Notes: generated by a model from the sequence alone, not told the origin. Counted from the first letter of the stretch, positions 52,224 through 61,165 are shown. The stretch is 64,000 bases of DNA from Armatimonadota bacterium (GCA_016235455.1 JACRKZ010000029.1:1-64000); one strand, 5' to 3'. Program-made: numbers and translations.

Positions 52224-54521
52224 ATGTGCGCCGTCGCTCCGTTCCTGTTGCTCTGCTGCGCGGCTCTGCCCTCGGGCGCCGTGGTGCTGGTCGAAGCCGA
52301 GTCCTTCGCGGACCCCGGCGGCTGGGTGGTCGACCCGCAGTTCATGGACCAGATGGGCTCGCCCTATCTGCTGGCTCACGGGCTGGGCCGACCTGTGGCC
52401 GATGCCACGACGCAGGTCGACCTGCCAGGGCCGGGCACCTACCACGTCTGGGTGCGCAGCTACGACTGGGTGGCCAGGTGGCAGGCACCGGGCACGCCCG
52501 GACGGTTCCAGGTGCTCGTCAACGGACAGCCGCTGGAGCCGACCTTCGGCACCGTCGGCGCAGCGTGGCACTGGCAGAGCGGCGGCAGCATCACCGTCAC
52601 CGACCCGCACATCCGCTTGGCGCTGCACGACCTGACCGGGTTCGAGGGCCGCTGCGACGCGATCGCCTTCAGTCCCGACGCTGACTGGCGCCCGCCGAAT
52701 GCCGACCCGGCCATGGCCCAGTGGCGACGGCAGTGCCTCGGCCAGCCCGAACAGCCCGAATCAGCCGGCACCTATGACCTGGTCGTGGTCGGTGGCGGCC
52801 TGGCGGGCACCTGCGCGGCCATCGCCGCGGCGCGTGGCGGCCTGAAGACCGCGCTGATCCAGGACCGGCCCATGCTGGGCGGCAACAACAGCTCGGAGGT
52901 GCGGGTCTGGTTGCAGGGCGCGCGCAACAAGGAGCCGTGGCCGCGCATCGGCGACGTCGTCAGCGAGATGGAGCCCAGCCGGCGCGCGCACTATGGGCCG
53001 ACCAACACCGCCGATCTGTACGAGGACGACAAGAAGCTGGCCGTGGCCGCCGCCGAGCCGAACCTGCGCCTCGTGTTGGACCATCGCGCCAACGCCGTGG
53101 TCATGGCCGGCCGGCGCATCGCCGCCGTCGTGGCTCAGGACACACACAGCGGCCGACGGCTGCGCTTCGACGCGCGGCTGGTCGCCGACTGCACCGGCGA
53201 CGGCGCGGTGGGCGCGCTGGCCGGTGCCGACCTGGACATGTCGCCCGCGGGGCGCATGGGTCCGTGCAACCTGTGGAACGTTAAGGACCGTGGCACGCCG
53301 CAGGACTTCCCCAGATGCCCGTGGGCGCTGGACCTGAGCGACAAGCCGTTCCCCGGTCGCAACAAGGATAGACCCGATCCCGACCAACTCGGTGGCTGGT
53401 ACTGGGAGAGCGGGTTCTCGCGCCATCCCATCGACGAGATGGAGTACATTCGCGACTGGAACTTCCGGGCCATGTATGGCGCCTGGGACGCGCTGCGCAA
53501 CGTGGACAAGGTGCTGCCCAACCACGCGCTCAACTGGTCGGCGCACATCCTGGGCAAGCGCGAGTCGCGACGGTTGATGGGCGATGTCGTGCTGACCGTG
53601 GAAGAGATCAGAGCCGGCCGGCAGTACCCCGACGGCTGCGTGCCGACGGGCTGGTCCATCGACCTGCACTACCCCGACGAGCGCTACCAGAAGGGCTTCG
53701 AGGGCGACGAGTTCATCGCTCGGGCCAGCCACGGCACCTACCCCATGCCGTTCTGGATCCCCTACCGCTGCCTCTACTCGCGGAATGTGGACAATCTGTT
53801 CATGGCCGGCCGCGACATCTCGGTCACGCATGAGGCGCTGGGACCCGTGCGCGTCATGCGCACCGGCGGCTGCATGGGCGAGGTGGTCGGCCTCGCCGCC
53901 ACGCTGTGTCGTGAGAAGGGCATCGACCCGCGCGCGGTGTGGGCAGAGCAGTGGCCGGCCATGCAAGCCAAGCTCAAACAGGGCGCGGGCAAGAACCCCG
54001 GCGCCAACCCCGAGTACGACAACCAGGGCGAAGGTCGCACCGTCAGACGCCCGTCGCCGCCGCCACCGGGGCTCGTACCGCCAGCATGGCTGGCCCAGGC
54101 CGGCGCCAACCTGGCGCGCGCGGCGACCTTGACGGTGTCGGGCAGCCGTGAAGGCAGCTCGCCGGCGCTGCTCAACGACGGCCGGCTCAACATCGCCGAC
54201 AATGGCGGCCGCTGGCTGAGCGACGGCAAGCTGCCGCTGTGGGTGGAGCTGACCTGGCCGGAGCCCCAGAAGCTCGGTGCGGCCCGCATCGTCTCGGGCT
54301 ATCTGGCCGACGGCGCCGTCACCGACCCGCTCGGCGACTTCCGCCTCCAATGGCACGACGGCACGGACTGGCATGACATCGCCGACAGCGTGACCACCGG
54401 CAACACCGATATCGGCTGGGCGATGGTCTTCGCGCCCGTGACCACAACGCGGCTGCGACTGCTGATCACCGGCACGAAGACCGACACAGCGCGCGTGTGG
54501 GAGCTCGAGGTGTACGGCTAG
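52224..54521 (+). CDS. FAD-dependent oxidoreductase with N-terminal CBM-like and C-terminal discoidin domains
   Basis: Signal-like N-terminus; VEAESF; DLVVVGGGLAG, LGGNNSSE, DCTGDG, KRESRR, IPYRCLYS and AGRDIS. Confidence 0.88.
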   Translation: MCAVAPFLLLCCAALPSGAVVLVEAESFADPGGWVVDPQFMDQMGSPYLLAHGLGRPVADATTQVDLPGPGTYHVWVRSYDWVARWQAPGTPGRFQVLVNGQPLEPTFGTVGAAWHWQSGGSITVTDPHIRLALHDLTGFEGRCDAIAFSPDADWRPPNADPAMAQWRRQCLGQPEQPESAGTYDLVVVGGGLAGTCAAIAAARGGLKTALIQDRPMLGGNNSSEVRVWLQGARNKEPWPRIGDVVSEMEPSRRAHYGPTNTADLYEDDKKLAVAAAEPNLRLVLDHRANAVVMAGRRIAAVVAQDTHSGRRLRFDARLVADCTGDGAVGALAGADLDMSPAGRMGPCNLWNVKDRGTPQDFPRCPWALDLSDKPFPGRNKDRPDPDQLGGWYWESGFSRHPIDEMEYIRDWNFRAMYGAWDALRNVDKVLPNHALNWSAHILGKRESRRLMGDVVLTVEEIRAGRQYPDGCVPTGWSIDLHYPDERYQKGFEGDEFIARASHGTYPMPFWIPYRCLYSRNVDNLFMAGRDISVTHEALGPVRVMRTGGCMGEVVGLAATLCREKGIDPRAVWAEQWPAMQAKLKQGAGKNPGANPEYDNQGEGRTVRRPSPPPPGLVPPAWLAQAGANLARAATLTVSGSREGSSPALLNDGRLNIADNGGRWLSDGKLPLWVELTWPEPQKLGAARIVSGYLADGAVTDPLGDFRLQWHDGTDWHDIADSVTTGNTDIGWAMVFAPVTTTRLRLLITGTKTDTARVWELEVYG

Positions 54522-54988
54522 CCCGGCAGCGAGACGCGGCCGATCCGCTGTAGCTCGGCCAACATGGCGTCCATCTTGGCCAGCAGCGGGGTCAGGTCCG
54601 TGCGCGGCTCCATGTCGCTGCCCATGGGTGGGATGTCGGGCCGGTCGAGCGCCATGGCGCAGAGCGCCGGGCCGAAGGACATGACCAGCGCGCCCACCGC
54701 CTTGCCCACGTTGGTCTTGGCGACGATGTCGGCGTACCCCACGCTGGCGCAGGTCGAGATGAAGTACAGGGCGTCCCAGAAGGTGTTGACCTTGTTATTC
54801 ACCGGCTTCTCGGCCGCCATGAAGACCAGCGACCCGCCGATGAGCATGACCGCCAGCGACTCCAGCGGATTGGCCCGCGCCCGCTCGATGAAGCGCTTCT
54901 CCAGCGCGTCGCGCCCCCGTAGCCAACCCATCACCGTCTCGACCGGGTCGATGACGCACGACGGCACCACTTCGGCTTGCACAGCCAT
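54518..54988 (-). CDS. minimal 2-TM potassium-channel-family protein with atypical filter
   Basis: GGGAG RBS; TM1, turret, FWDALYFISTCASVGYAD pore loop, T..GK, TM2 and a C-terminal helix. Confidence 0.82.
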   Translation of the reverse strand: MAVQAEVVPSCVIDPVETVMGWLRGRDALEKRFIERARANPLESLAVMLIGGSLVFMAAEKPVNNKVNTFWDALYFISTCASVGYADIVAKTNVGKAVGALVMSFGPALCAMALDRPDIPPMGSDMEPRTDLTPLLAKMDAMLAELQRIGRVSLPG

Positions 54989-55010
54989 CGAAGTCTCCCT
55001 GGCCCCGGCT

Positions 55011-55034
55011 GGGGCGACCGCGGCGGGCCGCCCC
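55011..55034. repeat. degenerate GGGGCGACCG...CGCCCC hairpin (REP-like)
   Basis: Shares GGGGCGACCG with the 23344 palindrome; lies between the flotillin and channel genes. Confidence 0.4.
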
Positions 55035-55051
55035 AACCAGGCCGTGGCTGA

Positions 55052-56956
55052 CTACTCCGTCGGCGGCTGGCCGACGATGCCTTCGTCCTCGGCGTCCGCG
55101 GCCGGCGCGGCCGTCGCTGTCGGCACGGGCAGGCCGTAGCGCTCGAGCAACGGCCCGAGCGAGGTGGTCAGGTTGCCCATCAGGTCGCGCACGGGCTCGG
55201 GCGCGTTCTTGATCATGCCGTCGGCCAGCGTGCCCAGGCTGAGACCCTTGGTGAACTGGGTCATCATCGAGGACATGGTAGTCGGGTCGCCGAAGACCTG
55301 GAACGAGCCTTTGCTCATGAACTGCGCCACCGACTTGGCCATCTCGATCTGCACATCGCGCATGGCGCCGATGAGCAGTTTGGCCTGCTCAAACTCGATG
55401 GCGGCGCGGTCAAACGTCTGGCGGTTCTCCAGCGCCTGCCGTTCTACGTCGACCCGCGCCTTCTCCACCTCGACCCGCTCCCGCTCGACGTTGACCTCCA
55501 CCAGCCGCTCGGCCTGCTCGGCGCCGGCCAGGCGCTCCTTGGACTTGGCCTCGGCCTCGGCCAGCTTGAGCCGCGCGTCGGCCTGGCGCTGCGATGCCTC
55601 CTGGGCGCCCTCGGCCTGCTTGACCTGGGCGAAGGCCAGCACCTCGGCCTCGGTCTGCTGCTTGATCTTGTCCTGCTCCACCACCTGCTTGGCGGCAATC
55701 AGCTTCTTCTGCGCCTCGCGGTCGGCCTCCGAAACAGCCGTGACGGTCATGACCTCCTGGTTGGCGCGCTCGCGCGCCGCCTTGGCCTCCAGGGCTGCGC
55801 GCTCGGCGGCAGCCTGTTCGGCCTCCTTCTCGGCCACGCTGATCTCGCGCTGGCGCTGGGCCACGGCGACCGCCTGCTCCTGGGCGATGCGCGCCGTCTC
55901 CACCTGCTGCTGCCGCGCGATGTCGGTTTGCTGGCGGTCCTGCTCACGCAGGATGAGCTGCTTGTCGCGCTCGATCTCCGCCGTCTTGACCTGCATCTCC
56001 TGCTGCACCTTGGCCTGCTGGATGGAGCGCTCCTTGGTGATCTCGGCCTCCTGCACGGCGCGGCCCTGCTCAAGCTCGAACTCGCGCTGCTCGCGCTGCT
56101 TGGCCGCGCGGATGTTGGCCACCTCGGTGTGCTGGTTGGCCTCGGTCTCGGCCTGCTGGCGCTCGAGGGCGAGGACCTCCTGGCGCGTCTCGACATCCTT
56201 GGCGATGCGCTGCCGCTCCGCGTCACGGGTCAGGCGGTTGCGCTCGACCATGGCCGCCTGGGTGATCTCGGTGATCTTCTGCTTGCCCTGCGCGTCGAAG
56301 ATGTTGTCGTCCGACATGCGCGATGGGTCGGTCTGGTCGAGCCGCGAGATGGTCACCGATTCTAGCGTCAGGCCGTTGTGCTTCAGGTCCTCACGCACAC
56401 TCTCGAAAACGGCCTTGGCAAACTCCTCGCGGCGCGAGTGGATCTCCACCAGGTCCATCGTCGCGGCCACGGATCGCAGCGCCGAAACCAGCTTCTCGAA
56501 GACCAGTTCCGACACCGCGTCGGAGTGCATGCCGCGCTCGCCCAGCGAACGCGCCGCGGCCAGGATGTCGTCGTTGTTGGCATCGACCTTGATGTAGAAC
56601 TCGCCGCGCACATCAACGCGCAGCTTGTCCTTGGTGATCAGCGCGTCTTCGCCGGTGCGCTCCACGTCCAGCTTCATCGTCTCCAGCGAGATGTAGACGA
56701 TGTTGTGCAGGATGGGGATGACCATGCGCCCGCCATCGAGCACGCAGCAGGCGCCACCACGCCCCGTGCGCACGAAGGCGCGGTTGGCGCTGGTCTTCAC
56801 GTAGAGCCGCAGCCAGACCAGGATGAGCGACGCGAAAAACGACATGCCGCCGAGCGCCACCGACGCACCCCACGGCACCGGGAAGGCATCACCCAGCGCG
56901 ATGGGCCCGATGAGGCACACCAGACAGACCAGGAAGAACACAAACGCAGCGATCAT
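55052..56956 (-). CDS. flotillin (SPFH + long coiled coil), YqiK/FloT-like
   Basis: Two N-terminal TMs; AFVRTGRGG, ALITKDKLRVDVRGEFY, NGLTLESVTISRLDQT and NIFDAQG; EA/Q-rich coiled coil. Confidence 0.92.
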   Translation of the reverse strand: MIAAFVFFLVCLVCLIGPIALGDAFPVPWGASVALGGMSFFASLILVWLRLYVKTSANRAFVRTGRGGACCVLDGGRMVIPILHNIVYISLETMKLDVERTGEDALITKDKLRVDVRGEFYIKVDANNDDILAAARSLGERGMHSDAVSELVFEKLVSALRSVAATMDLVEIHSRREEFAKAVFESVREDLKHNGLTLESVTISRLDQTDPSRMSDDNIFDAQGKQKITEITQAAMVERNRLTRDAERQRIAKDVETRQEVLALERQQAETEANQHTEVANIRAAKQREQREFELEQGRAVQEAEITKERSIQQAKVQQEMQVKTAEIERDKQLILREQDRQQTDIARQQQVETARIAQEQAVAVAQRQREISVAEKEAEQAAAERAALEAKAARERANQEVMTVTAVSEADREAQKKLIAAKQVVEQDKIKQQTEAEVLAFAQVKQAEGAQEASQRQADARLKLAEAEAKSKERLAGAEQAERLVEVNVERERVEVEKARVDVERQALENRQTFDRAAIEFEQAKLLIGAMRDVQIEMAKSVAQFMSKGSFQVFGDPTTMSSMMTQFTKGLSLGTLADGMIKNAPEPVRDLMGNLTTSLGPLLERYGLPVPTATAAPAADAEDEGIVGQPPTE

Positions 56957-56986
56957 GGGTACTCTCCATGCCCCCGCCAATCGCGC

Positions 56987-57760
56987 TCAGGTGTCGGACT
57001 TGACCGACTGGGCCTCCTGAGCATGACCCGCTCCGAGCCGCGGTTCCGGCCGCCACTCGTCGGGTGCCTCCTGCACAAGGTAGTAGTCGCGCTGGGCGAC
57101 GTATTCGAGCAGAATCACCTCCGCACCGCGCGCAATCTCGCCCTCGGTGCTCCGACAGGCCACCTGATGGCGATGGCCGTACTTGTCGCGTACGATGGCG
57201 ACGCCGCTGTCGCCATCGATGGAATACAGGCACTGGGCCGTGCTGCCCTCCAGGTCCACGCGCCGCACGTCGGCCGAGTCATCCTTGGGGATGAGCTTGC
57301 CGAGCAGCGTCGAGAGCCCGCGCGTCAGCGCGATGCTGGCCACTCCCGTGACCAACAGCGAGGGCACGATGAAGACCCGCGGCTCGATGTGCATCCCGGC
57401 CAGCCAGCGGTTGATGACCATACCGAGCAGCCCCCAGGTGAAGGCCAGCATCTGCAAGGCCAGCCCCGCGGTCACCTGCCTGGCACCGATGGCCAACAGC
57501 AGCAACGCCGCCGGGTCGGCGCCGTGGTCGGCGTCAGCCTCGGCGTCATGGTCATGGTCGGCATCGCCGTCGGCGTCCACATCGTGGTCGGCATCCACGT
57601 CCACGTCGTGATCGACGTCGTGGTCCATGTCGTGGTCCGCATCGTGGTCGGCATCGCCGCCCTCAAACAGACCGAACGTCACTGACACGCCCAGGTAGAG
57701 CACCGCCATGATCAGTGGCACCACATAGACGAGGTTCCACCACTGCCAAAGCTCGCTCAT
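56987..57760 (-). CDS. NfeD/YqiJ-like OB-fold membrane protein with His/Asp-rich loop
   Basis: TM1, then GGDADHDADHDMDHDVDHDVDVDADHDVDADGDADHDHDAEADADH, two more TMs and an OB-fold (G....VRDKYG..HQV.C). Confidence 0.82.
   Translation of the reverse strand: MSELWQWWNLVYVVPLIMAVLYLGVSVTFGLFEGGDADHDADHDMDHDVDHDVDVDADHDVDADGDADHDHDAEADADHGADPAALLLLAIGARQVTAGLALQMLAFTWGLLGMVINRWLAGMHIEPRVFIVPSLLVTGVASIALTRGLSTLLGKLIPKDDSADVRRVDLEGSTAQCLYSIDGDSGVAIVRDKYGHRHQVACRSTEGEIARGAEVILLEYVAQRDYYLVQEAPDEWRPEPRLGAGHAQEAQSVKSDT
57524..57655 (-). repeat. coding tandem repeat (D-H-D-[AVM])n
   Basis: Imperfect 12-nt units such as GACCACGATGCG / GACCACGACATG / GATCACGACGTG. Confidence 0.7.
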
Positions 57761-58431
57761 GGCCGACACCTTCCGTCGGGTGACGTTGCACCGTCGGAGT
57801 CAGCGTTCGGCGGCAGGCGCAAGTTCCCTTCGCGTTCGCGAGTGGCGATGATCTCGAGCGTCTTGCGGTTGATCGGCTCGGGCGGCAAGGTGTCGGCCGC
57901 CGGCAGGTCCAGGTGCAGCGCCTGCGCGCCACGCAGCGCCAGCCAGCTCCGGTCCTCCTCGCCCAGCTCCGCTGCCGCCGCTCGAGCCAGCTCAGCGGGG
58001 GCGGCCAGCAGCACGTGCGCGTACTGCTGGGCAGCGGCGCTGCGCACACAGCATTCAAGCTTGTCCTGAAGCAACTCGGCCAGAGCGCCGGCCGCCATGC
58101 CCCGCGGGCCAAGACAGCAAGCCGCGGCGAGCACGGCGGCTCGGTTGGCAGGCACCTGGAAGACAAACTCGACCCGCGCGTCGAGCCTGACGCAGTCCCG
58201 GCTGAACAGCGCATCGTCGCCACGGCGCCCAACAGTGAGGGACACCGGCTGGAGCGAGATCCAGAGGTGATTGTGCACCAGCGGTAGCACCACGGCCGTG
58301 CCGTCTAGGAAACAGCAGGCCCCGCCGCGACCGGTACGGACGAGCGCTCGGTCTGGTCCGACCTTGACGAGCACCCTCCGCCAGGCCACGACCACCACGC
58401 CAGCCAACAACGCCAAGCCGACCACCAGCAT
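57757..58431 (-). CDS. SPFH-domain-only flotillin paralogue
   Basis: GGAGG RBS; ALVRTGRGG.CC.LDG..V.P..HN...ISL...DAL...D..R.D.R.EF aligns with the flotillin N-terminus; no coiled coil; TGA overlaps the next ATG. Confidence 0.75.
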   Translation of the reverse strand: MLVVGLALLAGVVVVAWRRVLVKVGPDRALVRTGRGGACCFLDGTAVVLPLVHNHLWISLQPVSLTVGRRGDDALFSRDCVRLDARVEFVFQVPANRAAVLAAACCLGPRGMAAGALAELLQDKLECCVRSAAAQQYAHVLLAAPAELARAAAAELGEEDRSWLALRGAQALHLDLPAADTLPPEPINRKTLEIIATREREGNLRLPPNADSDGATSPDGRCRP

Positions 58432-58467
58432 GGCTGCCCTCCCTGCCGCGCGAAATGTTCGACAGAG

Positions 58468-58493
58468 CGGTCGTGATCCCTGCGGCGCAGGCA
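58468..58493 (-). promoter_or_regulatory. sigma-H-like promoter of the SPFH operon
   Basis: Minus strand reads GCAGGgatcacgaccgctctgtCGAAc. Confidence 0.6.
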
Positions 58494-58506
58494 GACTGGG
58501 CTGCCG

Positions 58507-59613
58507 TCAGATGTGGCGCTGGGCGGCGGCGGCGTCTCGCTCGACGAGCGCCTGGAGTTCCTGGTCGGTGATGGGCCGACCGAGTGTGCGCGCCGCCTCG
58601 CGCACAGCCTTGGCCAGTTCCACGGCGCGTTCATCGCTCAGGCCCAGCAGCCGCAGCCGTTGCGCCACGGCGCTGCGGCCGGCGTGTTTGCCCAGCAGGA
58701 TGCGCCGTTGGCGGCCGACCAGACTGGGCTGGAACGGCTCATAGGACTCCGATCCGCGCAGGCCGCTCTCGACGGCGAAAATGCGCTTGCCCACGATCGG
58801 TTGCTGGTCGGGCACGCTACGCCCGGCCATGCGCGCCACGCGGCTGCACAGCGGGGCCAACGCGGTGGGCTTGTAGCCGGGAATGCCCCGCCGCAACGCC
58901 AGCCAGGCCACGAGCTGCTCCGTGGCCGCCACGCCGCCGCGCTCGCCGATGCCGAGCACGGTCCCATCGGCCAGATCGGCGCCCGCCTCCAGGCCGGCGA
59001 TGGCATTGGCCGTGGCCAGGCCATAGTCGTTGTGGCAGTGCACCGCGATCTCGCCGTCGAACGACCCACGCGCCAGCGCCACCAGCCGCGCGAACTCCGA
59101 GGGCGAGGCCAAACCCAGCGTGTCGGCCAGCCGCACACGGTCCAGCCCGACATCGGCGCAGGCCTGCAGCACGCCGCGCAGGAACTCGGGGTCCGCGCGG
59201 GTCACGTCCTCGAGACCGAGCGCGGCACGCTGGCAGCCTGCGGCGCGCGCCCAGTCCGCGGCGATGCGGAGCTGCTGCATGAGCCACCAGCGGTCGCGGC
59301 CCAGCCGCTGCTCGAGATGCTCATCGCTGACCGGCAGCGACATGGCGACCCGGTCTGCGCGCAGCGCGGCGGCCGCCTCGATATCCTCGGGCAGGGCGCG
59401 ACACCACACCGCCAGCGGCACGCCCGGCGCCGACTTGCGCGCGGCGGCCACCAGAGCCGCCACATCAGGGTCGCCCGCGCCATGACCAATCTCGATCTCG
59501 TCGACGCCCGCCTCAGCCAGCAGGCCCACCAGCGCCAGCCGGTCGGCCAACCGGAAGCAGACGCCGGGCGCCCGCTCACCTTCCCGCAGCGTGCTGTCGA
59601 TGATTCGTTTCAT
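58507..59613 (-). CDS. homocitrate synthase/LeuA (DRE-TIM) family protein, short form
   Basis: IIDSTLREGE..PG, ADTLG, HCHNDYGLATANA, GIGERGG, YEPF.P..VG and LGKHAG; no LeuA allosteric domain. Confidence 0.82.
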   Translation of the reverse strand: MKRIIDSTLREGERAPGVCFRLADRLALVGLLAEAGVDEIEIGHGAGDPDVAALVAAARKSAPGVPLAVWCRALPEDIEAAAALRADRVAMSLPVSDEHLEQRLGRDRWWLMQQLRIAADWARAAGCQRAALGLEDVTRADPEFLRGVLQACADVGLDRVRLADTLGLASPSEFARLVALARGSFDGEIAVHCHNDYGLATANAIAGLEAGADLADGTVLGIGERGGVAATEQLVAWLALRRGIPGYKPTALAPLCSRVARMAGRSVPDQQPIVGKRIFAVESGLRGSESYEPFQPSLVGRQRRILLGKHAGRSAVAQRLRLLGLSDERAVELAKAVREAARTLGRPITDQELQALVERDAAAAQRHI

Positions 59614-59783
59614 AGGGGCTTGCTGGACACCCTCCCCGCTCGCTCCCCGGCATGGTGACGTGGCTCTGTTTCCGGCGTATCGCGTGGCGGATCCTCTTGG
59701 GTGAAATGTAGCGAACGTGTGGCGAAACATGGGTGCTCGCCGGCCCTGGAATTGGGTACTACTGTGGCAAGGTGGGCGAGGCC

Positions 59784-60422
59784 ATGCGGGGTTGGCTGGC
59801 GCGGGAGCTGTATCCGAGGCGGGGCTTGCTCATCTACGGCGTGGCGCTGGCCCTGCTGACCATCCAGATGGCCGCGCCGGCCGCGCGCCGAATGAGCACC
59901 AGGCCGTACCTGGGCATCTGCCAGAACCACCTGGCCAACCTGAACCGCGCCATGTGCCAGTACGCCCAGGACTACGACGAGCGGCTGCCCGACAAGCGCG
60001 CCTGGCCGGACCAGATCGCGCCGTATGTGGCCAAGGCCGAGTACTACACTTGCCCCGCGGCGCCCGAGCTGCGGCACGTGCCGGGCGATCCCGGCCAACC
60101 GGGCGCCTTCTGCCTGAACAACACGCACCGCTTGTTGGACGCCGCCGTGCCACCAACGATCGGCAGCGTGCTGGAGACGTCGCGCTGGGTGCTCCTGGCG
60201 GACGGTATGCCCGCTGCCGGCCGGTCCGATGTTCGTGGCCGCGCGCGCTTTGGCAACGGCACCTGCGAGGTGCTCGGCTACTCGGGCGAGCCCGTGTTCG
60301 TCGCCCGGCATCGCGGCCAGGTTGATTGCGGGTTCGCCATGGGCGGTGTGCACGGTGAGCCGCTCAGTTCCGTCTACCCCGGCTTCCCACCCAGGACGAT
60401 CAACCCGGAGGCAAGGCCATGA
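59784..60422 (+). CDS. degenerate DUF1559-like pseudopilin
   Basis: Hydrophobic N-helix without FTLIE; CQNHL...A..QYAQDYDERLP, W.DQIAPY, TCP and RH-x9-MG. Confidence 0.7.
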   Translation: MRGWLARELYPRRGLLIYGVALALLTIQMAAPAARRMSTRPYLGICQNHLANLNRAMCQYAQDYDERLPDKRAWPDQIAPYVAKAEYYTCPAAPELRHVPGDPGQPGAFCLNNTHRLLDAAVPPTIGSVLETSRWVLLADGMPAAGRSDVRGRARFGNGTCEVLGYSGEPVFVARHRGQVDCGFAMGGVHGEPLSSVYPGFPPRTINPEARP

Positions 60423-61165
60423 CTACACTTCACGTCAGGCGCGCGTTCACGCTGGTCGAAGCGGTAATGGTCGTGGCGCTCATCGCCCTGGCCTCATGCC
60501 TGCTGTTCCCTTACCTGTCCAGCCAGACAGCCAAGGAGCGGGCCTCGTCCTGCTTCAGCAATGAGAAGCAACTGCTGATGGCGACCTGGCAGTACGCCGA
60601 GGACTACGACGACCGCCTCCCGCCACGCAACTACAACATGCTGCGCCAGACTGCCGCGCCCGACGTCACCTGGCATGATCTGATCAGCGCCTACCTGAAG
60701 TCGGACGCCGTCTTCACCTGCCCGGAGGCCCCGACGCTGACCCGCGTGCCGCACGACCTGGGCCGGCCTGGCGGCTATCTGATCAACAACGTCGGCCAGG
60801 CCGTCGGCGACCCGCCATTCAAGCGGACCGGCACGCCTTGGTCCGGCCTGTGGAACTGCGCCGTGCCCATGGCGTTGGGAGAGCTGGAGATGCCGAGCTG
60901 CACGGTCCTCTACTCCGACGGCGTGCCGGACAGCCACGGCGACGTGATCGGCGCCAACCGGGTGATGCTGGGGCGCAAGTTCGGGCTGGGCGATCAGCCA
61001 ACCGGGAGTCAGCAGACCAACCGCCTGTTCGTCTCGCGCCACGGCGCGGGCGGCCTGTTCGCGGAGCGGACCTGCCAGCAACTGCCCTACGCCTTCGCCG
61101 ACGGCCACGTGAAGATGTACCCCTTGGACCCCGACCTCTTCCTGGTTCGCAAGCCCAAGCGCTGA
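60419..61165 (+). CDS. prepilin-type DUF1559-like protein
   Basis: RA|FTLVE; SCFSNEKQL...QYAEDYDDRLP; RH-x19-DGHVK; ATGA overlap with the upstream paralogue. Confidence 0.85.
   Translation: MTTLHVRRAFTLVEAVMVVALIALASCLLFPYLSSQTAKERASSCFSNEKQLLMATWQYAEDYDDRLPPRNYNMLRQTAAPDVTWHDLISAYLKSDAVFTCPEAPTLTRVPHDLGRPGGYLINNVGQAVGDPPFKRTGTPWSGLWNCAVPMALGELEMPSCTVLYSDGVPDSHGDVIGANRVMLGRKFGLGDQPTGSQQTNRLFVSRHGAGGLFAERTCQQLPYAFADGHVKMYPLDPDLFLVRKPKR

Noticed and set aside
57524-57655. Possible CRISPR or non-coding repeat array
   Set aside because: Short 12-nt coding repeats without spacers; no cas genes in the window.
58507-59613. Calling the gene nifV / inferring nitrogen fixation
   Set aside because: No nif genes nearby and key motifs are altered.
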